Shown in pieces: positions 1 through 7,492 of a DNA stretch of 57,902 nt. The notes beneath the pieces are model-generated. The model did no database searches. It saw only the letters and a program-made list of their open reading frames with translations, and was not told where the DNA came from. Position 1 is the stretch's first letter, and each line of letters starts with the position of its first letter. The stretch lies in NCBI GenBank assembly GCA_964510165.1, contig CAZEBC010000002.1, positions 1-57,902 of the forward strand, written 5' to 3'. This DNA comes from an uncultured bacterium (GTDB taxonomy: Bacteria > Abyssobacteria > SURF-5). The position numbers and the translations under genes are program-made.

Positions 1-23
1 TCGAGGAGCCGCCGGGAACGCGA

Positions 24-52
24 TGTAGTGCATCAAGGGCATCTGGTATAAT
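24..52 (+). promoter_or_regulatory. putative sigma70 promoter (extended -10) upstream of the CMD-family gene
   Basis: TATAAT at 47-52 is preceded by TG at 44-45. The -35 is weak (TGTAGT at 24-29, 17-nt spacer). Confidence 0.35.
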
Positions 53-105
53 CCATAGGGAAGGCGTGATTTCCATGTAGCGGGCACTTGAGTAAGGAGT
101 CAGCA

Positions 106-486
106 ATGGGCGAGAGACCTGAAGACGTGGCGAAGAAGACGGCGAGCGAGCGGATGACAACGGAGCGGGTGGCGAACCTGCAGGAGTTGATGACATTTTT
201 CGATCCGCAACTTGCGGCGGATATCGGCGAGTTCGTGCTGGGGAAACTGTACTCGCGCAATGTCATCCCATGGAAAACGAGGCAACTGTGCGCGATCGCC
301 GCGCTGAGCGTTCTGTATCGGCCCGAGCAACTTCGCGGGCATGTGCTGTATGCGCTCAAGGCGGGGGTGACGAAGGAGGAGATCGGCGAGGTGATCGTGC
401 AGGTGGCCATTTACGGCGGGTTTCCGTCTGCGATAGAGGCTTTGCGCGTTGCGAAGCAGACGATAGAAGAGTTTCAGGGGGTCTAG
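106..486 (+). CDS. carboxymuconolactone decarboxylase (CMD/AhpD-like) family protein
   Basis: The track ORF is 88-486. ATG 106 is preferred because AAGGAG at 94-99 sits 6 nt upstream. KTRQLCAIAA...GVTKEEIGEVIVQVAIYGGFP is the typical CMD-family pattern. Confidence 0.8.
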   Translation: MGERPEDVAKKTASERMTTERVANLQELMTFFDPQLAADIGEFVLGKLYSRNVIPWKTRQLCAIAALSVLYRPEQLRGHVLYALKAGVTKEEIGEVIVQVAIYGGFPSAIEALRVAKQTIEEFQGV

Positions 487-525
487 GGTTCAGCGTTCAG
501 GGTTCAGCGTTTAGGGTTAAGGGCG
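481..525 (+). repeat. heptanucleotide tandem-repeat array, copy 1 (GTC + 6 units, consensus YAGSGTT)
   Basis: Read directly: GTC TAGGGTT CAGCGTT CAGGGTT CAGCGTT TAGGGTT AAGGGCG. The first TAG is the stop codon of the preceding gene. Confidence 0.9.
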
Positions 526-535
526 CTTATGGCTG

Positions 536-2818
536 TTACGAGCGCTCGGCGGGTTGCGTGTGGATGTGGCCATTGGAGCGTCTGAGCTTTCTGATGATGT
601 CGTTGATAGTGGTAGCCTCTTGTTCGCCGAGATTTTCTCCGCCGAACCGGACGCGGTAGTAGAGCGAGGTTACGGTTTCGATGTCGCCGTACATGGGGTG
701 CTCGGCGACCGCGGGCGATTTCAGGAATTCAAGCGGAGTAAGGAAGGCGGGTTTGCTGATCTTCCTTTTGCGGAGCACCCTCAACATTCGTTCATAGAAC
801 ACTGCGCCCGGCTTCCGTGCTCTCGCCCGCCGCGCGAGCCAGGGGATATGCGGCAGATTGAGCTTGTTGCGGAGGGCATATGCCGCACCGGTCAATAGAG
901 CGACGATAAATATTCCCGCGGCGCCCCATGAGACGATCAGGCGCGACGCAGCCAGGAGCAACCTTCCGGCGAAGCCTACCGCCAAAGCCGGGCCATTGAA
1001 GAACAGTTTCTTTATTTCCTCGAAGAGTTTCGAGCGGCTGGTTTCGTTGTAGCCGACCACATACCTGCGCCATTGCAGCCGCATGAACAGCGTTTTCTTG
1101 GAAACCCATCGGGCGAAGGCTGAACGCTGTGCTTCGAAGTATTCATCGGCTGCGGACCGCGGCGAGGGATCGAAGGTTATCCAGCCGTAGTCGGGGAAAT
1201 ACACTTCCACCCATGCATGCGCGTCACGTTGACGGACCTCGTAGAAGCCGCCGTCCTCGTTCCATTGCCCTGTTTGAAATCCTTTGGCCAGCCGGGCCGG
1301 CATGTTGAGCACCCTGACCATAATGGTCATCGCGGTAGCGAAGTATTCGCAATGGCCGGTCCTGGTAGTGAAGAGGAAGTCGGACAGCGGGTCATCGGTC
1401 ACCGGCGCTTTGAGGTCCAGGCTATACCGGTAGTTGTTCTCAAGAAATGTTTCTATCGCCAGTACCTTGTCGAGAGGGGTTTTGGCGTTGCCGGTGATTT
1501 CCATGGCCAGTTCTTTGACGCGCGGATTGAGGCTTGTGGGCACCTGGATGAAGTTGGTCCTCACATAATCGCCGTAGCCCTCGTTATTGATGAGGTCGTC
1601 GAACGTCTCTTGCGGAACCTTTCGGAGGACTTCCTCGGTCGGTTCGTCCACGCGGGAGTAAACGGTGTAACTGATGAGCTCGGGGAGGGCCTGGCGATTG
1701 TAGGTGAAGAGCGAGCCGTTGAAGTCGCGGCCGAGTCCGTAGGAGGTGAACGGTCCCTGGATGGCCGCGGAATAGCCCGTGGTGAAGATGGTGTCTGAGT
1801 ACGGAATCTCCAGATAGTAGACCTGCTTGAGCAGTTTTGGATCGGCGTCGAGTTCTTCAACCTTACTGTATTCGGCGTAATCCTCGTCGAGTATGAAGAG
1901 GTTGTCCTTCCGGGGAAAGAGTATTCCGGAGTTCTTGCTGCTGGTTTCCCATTTTCTTCCGTTGTAATGGGTAAAGAAGTCGCGACTGGAACTCCATGCC
2001 GCGCCGTCGTAAATGTTGAGCGAGCCGCCCCGCCATTTGAGCGGCTTATTGAGAGGGCCGCCGACAGCGGGGAGTTCGACGCGGAGAGCAAGGGTCTGGT
2101 CTTCCTGGATTCGGCCAAAGGTGCCGAGCTCCACGGTCTTTGTGAAGCCGATGAGTTCCCGCGCGCGCTGTATCTGTTCAAGGGTCTGGCTCAGGTTTCC
2201 GCGGGCGACGACCGCGTATTGCAGACGCGGCATGCCGTAGAAGAAGACGAGAGTCGGGGGGACGGTTATGAGCGCGAGGACGATGGAAGCGAGCAGCAAG
2301 CCTTGGGGCGCCTTCTGGTCACTTTCATTGAGAGGCGCCACATCTTCCTCAGACTCGGGCGTACGGATGAGATAGACAAGGAGAATGCCGTAGGCTGAGA
2401 CTGCGCAAAACGCGGTGAGCAATACCGCGAAGATCAGGTCGGTGGTGAGATTGGTGGCCGCGAGCAATTGGGCAAAACTCACCAGAAATATGCGGCGATA
2501 GCCGCCCTGGGTCTTTCTGTTGAACAGGAAATATGCCTGTGCGATCAGGGTGAGTCGAACGGCAGGTACAAGCAGGGAGCTGGTCAGCACTATGTCGAAC
2601 GGGAAGAACAGGATTGCGCAGGCGCCGAGCGCCAGCCAGATGCGCTTGTATGAATCGCGGCGGCGTGTGGGGCCTTCGTAGAACCATGCGGCGGTGATGG
2701 CGGCGATTCCCACCGGCGGCCAGATTGCGGAAAAGTATTCGGTTAGGGTGACAGACAGATAGCCTATCAACGCAATCAGGTAAGCGCATATCCTGAGGTG
2801 TTTCTGCGCTTGCATCAC
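536..2818 (-). CDS. transglutaminase-like membrane protein (TgpA-like, N-terminal multi-TM region plus TGase core)
   Basis: 760-aa ORF. The TGase core motifs are GHCEYFATAM ... DAHAWVEVYF ... WITFDPSP, and the N-terminus is hydrophobic. The start is GTG 2818 or ATG 2815 and overlaps the DUF58 stop. Confidence 0.85.
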   Translation of the reverse strand: MMQAQKHLRICAYLIALIGYLSVTLTEYFSAIWPPVGIAAITAAWFYEGPTRRRDSYKRIWLALGACAILFFPFDIVLTSSLLVPAVRLTLIAQAYFLFNRKTQGGYRRIFLVSFAQLLAATNLTTDLIFAVLLTAFCAVSAYGILLVYLIRTPESEEDVAPLNESDQKAPQGLLLASIVLALITVPPTLVFFYGMPRLQYAVVARGNLSQTLEQIQRARELIGFTKTVELGTFGRIQEDQTLALRVELPAVGGPLNKPLKWRGGSLNIYDGAAWSSSRDFFTHYNGRKWETSSKNSGILFPRKDNLFILDEDYAEYSKVEELDADPKLLKQVYYLEIPYSDTIFTTGYSAAIQGPFTSYGLGRDFNGSLFTYNRQALPELISYTVYSRVDEPTEEVLRKVPQETFDDLINNEGYGDYVRTNFIQVPTSLNPRVKELAMEITGNAKTPLDKVLAIETFLENNYRYSLDLKAPVTDDPLSDFLFTTRTGHCEYFATAMTIMVRVLNMPARLAKGFQTGQWNEDGGFYEVRQRDAHAWVEVYFPDYGWITFDPSPRSAADEYFEAQRSAFARWVSKKTLFMRLQWRRYVVGYNETSRSKLFEEIKKLFFNGPALAVGFAGRLLLAASRLIVSWGAAGIFIVALLTGAAYALRNKLNLPHIPWLARRARARKPGAVFYERMLRVLRKRKISKPAFLTPLEFLKSPAVAEHPMYGDIETVTSLYYRVRFGGENLGEQEATTINDIIRKLRRSNGHIHTQPAERS

Positions 2819-3909
2819 TCGGCGCCTCCCGTTCCTTCAGACAGAGACAGGCTAAACTCGCCGGTCAACGAGCGTATCTCAGGTATTCCATTCTTGCAGG
2901 AGACGACCACGACCGTGCCTCCTTCGAAGATTCGCTTGTCGAGGATCATGCCGTTGCCATCGGGCGGGGCGGGTTCAACAAGGGCGAGCGCGATGAGCAT
3001 TCTGTGCATCGCCTCGTGCCCTTCGCCGTAGCCGACGACCCTGTCGCGCATGATGAGTTTGACGGAGCAGCCACTTCTGCACAGGCGCCACACGAGCGAG
3101 GCCGCTGCGCTGACGGCCCGCTCAAATGCCGCGAGGGTGACCGTGGAGCGGTCTCTGAGCGCGTTGTCAAAGACGATGCAGGCTCTGCGCCTTTCTTCGG
3201 ACTCGGTTTCCCTGACCATCAGCCTGTCCAGTTTGGCGGAGAGCTTCCAGCAAATCCTGGCGGAATCCTCGCCGTGCCTGTACTCCCTGATGCCGTACAA
3301 TCCACTTCCATATCCCTTGGTGTGCTGAGGGAACTCATCGCGGATATGCCCCGGGCCTGCAACGGCGCCGTCCAGTTCGAAGATTCTCGGATAAACGAGC
3401 AGTTCCTGCTTATCGGACAGCTTTCGTCTGTGTTCGAACAGGCCCCATGGAAATCTGGTGCTAAGGAGCAAAGGAGGAAGGGTGTGCAGGCCGCGATGGG
3501 GGAACGTGGCGCCGATATCCTCCGAGCGACGTCCTTGTCTCTCGACCACGAGGAGGAAGATATCCTTCACCCCTTCAGCGATGCCGTCAAGCTTCACGCC
3601 AAATGAATGAAGCAGCCTTTTCTTGTTGGATATGTCAAGGCCGATCCTGACCGGACTCCCGGCGAAAACATAAGGAGGCAATCGTCGTGTCACTCCGATT
3701 TTCGAGAGGTTGAGCCGTCCGGCGACGAATGAGACCAGCGCGGCCGTAATCATCACGCCCGCGATCAGGTACAGCAGGTTGTTGCCGCTGTTAAACCCTG
3801 CCATCAGGATTGCAGACAGCAACCCGAAGAACACCATGGAGGGACCCGAAAGAGTTCTAAAGAATCGAGACTTTGAGCGTTTTGTGAGACCGCGCCGCAT
3901 ACGTGACAA
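2815..3909 (-). CDS. DUF58 family protein (MoxR-associated, vWA-like)
   Basis: 364-aa ORF with two N-terminal TM helices. IREYRHGEDSARICWKLSAKLDRLMVRE matches the DUF58 signature. It sits between MoxR and the TGase gene. Confidence 0.8.
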   Translation of the reverse strand: MSRMRRGLTKRSKSRFFRTLSGPSMVFFGLLSAILMAGFNSGNNLLYLIAGVMITAALVSFVAGRLNLSKIGVTRRLPPYVFAGSPVRIGLDISNKKRLLHSFGVKLDGIAEGVKDIFLLVVERQGRRSEDIGATFPHRGLHTLPPLLLSTRFPWGLFEHRRKLSDKQELLVYPRIFELDGAVAGPGHIRDEFPQHTKGYGSGLYGIREYRHGEDSARICWKLSAKLDRLMVRETESEERRRACIVFDNALRDRSTVTLAAFERAVSAAASLVWRLCRSGCSVKLIMRDRVVGYGEGHEAMHRMLIALALVEPAPPDGNGMILDKRIFEGGTVVVVSCKNGIPEIRSLTGEFSLSLSEGTGGAE

Positions 3910-3920
3910 TCCTGCAGTGC

Positions 3921-4880
3921 CTATAGCGGGATCGGGATTCGATTCACTATTTCGATAATCGCACGCTCGGCCACTTCGGTGCGTGGACCGTCAACATCGT
4001 ACCGGGTAGCGGGAATTATCCGATGCGACAGACACGGGACGGCAAGGTCCTTTACGTCATCCGGTATGCAGTAGTCGCGTCCCCTGACGAATGCGTTGGC
4101 CTGAGCGGCCCTGTAAAAGCTCATGGCGCCCCGTGGACTGACTCCGAGCTCGATGGACGGGGACTGCCTGGTGGCGTTTACTATCGCCATGAGGTATTCG
4201 ACCAGTTCATCTTGCACGACCACCTCGGCCACCATGTTCTGCATAGAGCGGACGTCATCGGAATGGACAACCGGCGCCAATGTGTCGACGGGTGCCGAGG
4301 ACCTTTGTCCGGTGATCATGTGTTTCTCATCTTCGCTCGGAGGATATCCCATCCGAATCTTGAGCATGAAGCGGTCCAATTGGGACTCCGGGAGCGGATA
4401 TGTGCCATGGAACTCGATGGGATTCTGCGTGGCGAGCACGAGGAATGGTTCAGGTAACCTGTAGGTTATTCCGTCGACCGATATCTGAAGGTCGTTCATT
4501 GCTTCGAGGAGGCAGCTCTGGGTCTTCGGCGTGGTGCGATTGATCTCATCGGCAAGTATCACGTTCGCGAAGATGGGTCCTGATTTGAACTCGAACTGGT
4601 GTGTATGCTGGTTGTAGATGGTGACGCCGATGATGTCAGAGGGCAGCAGGTCGCTCGTGAACTGAATTCGCTGGAAAGTGCAGTCTATGGACTTCGCGAT
4701 GGCGCGCGCGAGGGTGGTCTTGCCGATGCCAGGGACGTCCTCGATAAGGAGATGTCCTTTACCAAGGAGGGCGGCCAGCGCGAGCCGTACGACCTCCTGT
4801 TTTCCGAAAATGACCGACGCGATATTGTCTTCGAGCGCCCGGATCGACTCGGTTGCCTTGTCCAATCCTTTTATATGCAT
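3921..4880 (-). CDS. MoxR-family AAA+ ATPase
   Basis: 319-aa ORF. Walker A is GVPGIGKT, Walker B is ILADEINR, and TQNPIEFHGTYPLPESQLDRF is typical of MoxR. Confidence 0.9.
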   Translation of the reverse strand: MHIKGLDKATESIRALEDNIASVIFGKQEVVRLALAALLGKGHLLIEDVPGIGKTTLARAIAKSIDCTFQRIQFTSDLLPSDIIGVTIYNQHTHQFEFKSGPIFANVILADEINRTTPKTQSCLLEAMNDLQISVDGITYRLPEPFLVLATQNPIEFHGTYPLPESQLDRFMLKIRMGYPPSEDEKHMITGQRSSAPVDTLAPVVHSDDVRSMQNMVAEVVVQDELVEYLMAIVNATRQSPSIELGVSPRGAMSFYRAAQANAFVRGRDYCIPDDVKDLAVPCLSHRIIPATRYDVDGPRTEVAERAIIEIVNRIPIPL

Positions 4881-4953
4881 CTGGTTAAGTTCTCGCCTTC
4901 CTTCCCGAGTAGTTTAGCTACACATATATTCTGTACTTTTGGGGGCTGTCAGG

Positions 4954-6111
4954 TCAAGCCCGTGCGTTATCGCCAACGCCAACATAAAATCGCGGCACCC
5001 GTTTGCTGACGGCGCAGAGAATTTCGTAGGGAATGGTTTCCGCCCAATCAGCCAGGTCCTCAGCGGTGATGCTGGATGAGCCGTCCCTTCCAAGAAGCGT
5101 GATGGTGTCGCCGACTTTGGCGGCGGGCGCGTCGGTGACATCGAGGAGCAATTGGTCCATGCTCACCCTTCCGACGATCGGAACGAACTGTCCGCGAATT
5201 ATCGCCTTGGCCTTGTTCGAGAGCCGCCAGTGGTAACCGTCGGCATAGCCCACGTTTGCCGTCGCAATCTTCATGTGCTTCGAGGCCACGAACGTTCTGC
5301 CATAACCCAGAGAGGTTCCCGGCGCGATGTCCTTCAAGAACACAATCGCAGTTTGAAGAGTGAGCGCCGGTCTCAGGTCTATTTTGCTTCTTAGGTCTCT
5401 GTGCGGATACACTCCGTACAGGATAAGGCCAGGCCTGACCAATGTCAGATGTGACTCGGGATGATTGATGACGCCGCCGCTGTTTGCCGCGTGGCGCCGG
5501 CGCGGCCTTATGCCCCGGTCTTCCAATTGCGCGAGTATCTTTCGGAACTCGTCAAGCTGATGCCGCGTAAATGAATCCTCCTGTATTTCGGATGTGGCGA
5601 AATGAGTGTAGATACCGTCGAGTTCGAGGTTGGGCAGGCGCGTGATGCGGGTGATCTGTTCGACGGCGGAGTCGCGGGCAAACCCGATGCGGCCCATCCC
5701 GGTGTCTATATCCGCGTGCACTCTCGCCGCCACATTTCTTGAAGAAGCTTTCTCGGACACGCGTTTCGCAAAATCGGTTGACGCAACGGTCAAAGTCAAA
5801 TCGCAATCGAGGGCGGCCTCGATTTCGGCTTCTTGCACGCAGCACTGGACCAGTATTGGCAGCGTGATGCCGGCCTCTCTCAGTTGAGCGCCCTCCTCGA
5901 CCATCGCGACTCCGAGCATGGAGGCGCCTGCGCGCTCGCATGCGTGTGAGACCTGGACGGCGCCGTGGCCATATGCGTCGGCTTTGACGACCGCGAGAAT
6001 CTCGACCGCGCTGCCCACAAGCCTGCGTATCTGGGCCACGTTATGCTCGACGGCGCCAAGGTCGATGACGGCCCTGGTGGCCCGAAGCGGCGCTTGTCTG
6101 CATTGGCTCAT
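4954..6111 (-). CDS. alr: alanine racemase
   Basis: The PLP-lysine motif VVKADAYGHG is present and the C-terminal fold pattern is typical. The start is moved to the ATG at 6111, which forms an ATGA overlap with the mdh stop (tcat at 6108-6111). Confidence 0.9.
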   Translation of the reverse strand: MSQCRQAPLRATRAVIDLGAVEHNVAQIRRLVGSAVEILAVVKADAYGHGAVQVSHACERAGASMLGVAMVEEGAQLREAGITLPILVQCCVQEAEIEAALDCDLTLTVASTDFAKRVSEKASSRNVAARVHADIDTGMGRIGFARDSAVEQITRITRLPNLELDGIYTHFATSEIQEDSFTRHQLDEFRKILAQLEDRGIRPRRRHAANSGGVINHPESHLTLVRPGLILYGVYPHRDLRSKIDLRPALTLQTAIVFLKDIAPGTSLGYGRTFVASKHMKIATANVGYADGYHWRLSNKAKAIIRGQFVPIVGRVSMDQLLLDVTDAPAAKVGDTITLLGRDGSSSITAEDLADWAETIPYEILCAVSKRVPRFYVGVGDNARA

Positions 6112-7037
6112 GGCAGGCTCAGGCGCGCGATATCTTTCCTGACTTCTTCGCACGATTTTTTCAGGGCGTCCAGTTCGGCCGGTTCGAGGTCAACTTCAAT
6201 GATCTTCTCGATGCCATTCTTGCCAAGCATAACGGGGACTCCGGCGCACACATCGTTCAGCCCGTATTCGCCGTTGAGGATCGCGGCGCAGGGGAGGATG
6301 CGCCTCTTGTTCTTCACCACGGACTCGACCATATCGGCGAGCGAAGCGCCCGGCGAGTAATAAGCGCTTCCGGTCTTTAGAAGGTTTACGATTTCGCCGC
6401 CCGCTTTTCGGGTTCGGTCAACAAGGCGAGAAATGGTGGCCTCATCCATCAACTGAGTGATCGGGATGCCGGAAACCGTGGTGTAGCGGGGGAGCGGCAC
6501 CATGGAGTCGCCGTGTCCTCCGAGAACGAGCGCCTGGGTGTCCCTGACCGAGACGCCCAGTTCCATGGCGACAAAGCTGCGGAGCCTCGCCGAATCGAGC
6601 ACGCCGGCCATGCCGAGCACGCGCTTTGCACCGAAGCCCGAAACTCGATACGCGAGGTAGGTCATGACGTCGAGCGGGTTGGTGACGACGATGATAATGG
6701 ACTCGGGCGCGTAGCGTTTTACATCTTCGACAATACCTCGAACTATCTGCGCATTCTTATCGAGCAGGTCCGAGCGCGACATTCCGGGCTTGCGCGCAAG
6801 GCCCGCCGTTATCAGCACCAGGTCCGAATCCTGCATCTCCTTCGATGTATTGGCGCCGCGAACGAAGGTGTCTGCGCCAAACAGCGGGGCGGATTCCCAC
6901 ATGTCGAGGCCTTTGCCCTGGGGCAATCCTTCGACCACGTCTATCAATACCAGTTCCTCGCACAGTTCCCTTTGCGCGATATGCTGTACGGCGGTGGCGC
7001 CGACATTGCCGGCTCCGAACATCGTTATCTTTCGCAT
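6108..7037 (-). CDS. mdh: malate dehydrogenase (LDH-like MDH)
   Basis: The NAD-binding motif is GAGNVGAT. ARKPGMSRSDL carries the Arg diagnostic of MDH rather than LDH. TNPLD is also present. Confidence 0.9.
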   Translation of the reverse strand: MRKITMFGAGNVGATAVQHIAQRELCEELVLIDVVEGLPQGKGLDMWESAPLFGADTFVRGANTSKEMQDSDLVLITAGLARKPGMSRSDLLDKNAQIVRGIVEDVKRYAPESIIIVVTNPLDVMTYLAYRVSGFGAKRVLGMAGVLDSARLRSFVAMELGVSVRDTQALVLGGHGDSMVPLPRYTTVSGIPITQLMDEATISRLVDRTRKAGGEIVNLLKTGSAYYSPGASLADMVESVVKNKRRILPCAAILNGEYGLNDVCAGVPVMLGKNGIEKIIEVDLEPAELDALKKSCEEVRKDIARLSLP

Positions 7038-7209
7038 TCCGAGCCTCCTTCAGCCTGAGCAAGTTCTCTGCCAGCAGCACGAGACTGCTGATTTCACTCC
7101 TCACGAATGAGCTTTCAACCCTGTCCGATATGCGGTAAGGATATCATAAGTGTACCCCGCTTTCAACATGCGTGCAATGCGGGAGAGCCGGAAAGCCAAT
7201 CGCAATTTA

Positions 7210-7238
7210 TTGACAGGAGGGGACATGTGTGGTTAAAT
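7210..7238 (+). promoter_or_regulatory. putative sigma70 promoter
   Basis: TTGACA at 7210-7215, a 17-nt spacer, then TTAAAT at 7233-7238 preceded by TGG. Confidence 0.5.
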
Positions 7239-7312
7239 TACGATGGGTTTGTGGGGGAACATGCGGCTGGGGCGGGACAGGGAAGCGCGTGGCCATGTGT
7301 CAAGAGCATTCC

Positions 7313-7351
7313 GGGCGTGAGGCCAATTTCCTCGCCCCTCTTTTTGTGTTT
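7313..7351 (+). terminator. intrinsic (rho-independent) terminator inside the larA-homolog leader
   Basis: The stem is GGGCG-T-GAGG (7313-7322) paired with CCTC-GCCC (7330-7337), with loop CCAATTT. It is followed by CTCTTTTTGTGTTT. Confidence 0.6.
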
Positions 7352-7446
7352 ATGCTTTCCATGGACAGTGAATCCTGGCCGCGAAATGCCTCATATCGGG
7401 TTGTGGAGCGCGTTTTGGGGACTGAGCGTTGATTTCAGGCGGTGTT

Positions 7447-7463
7447 GCAGGCAGGATGCCTGC
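7447..7463 (+). promoter_or_regulatory. 7-bp perfect hairpin 30 nt upstream of the larA-homolog start
   Basis: GCAGGCA gga TGCCTGC, read directly. Confidence 0.4.
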
Positions 7464-7492
7464 GCTACGTATTTCGTTGAAAGGAATGTTTC

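Noticed and set aside
481-525. The heptad TAGGGTT is a circular permutation of the plant-type telomere repeat TTTAGGG. The arrays could also be mistaken for a mini-CRISPR.
   Set aside because: The arrays are internal, only 4-6 units long and degenerate, and they sit between ordinary chromosomal genes, so a telomere function is implausible. The 7-nt units have no spacers and no cas genes are nearby, which excludes CRISPR.
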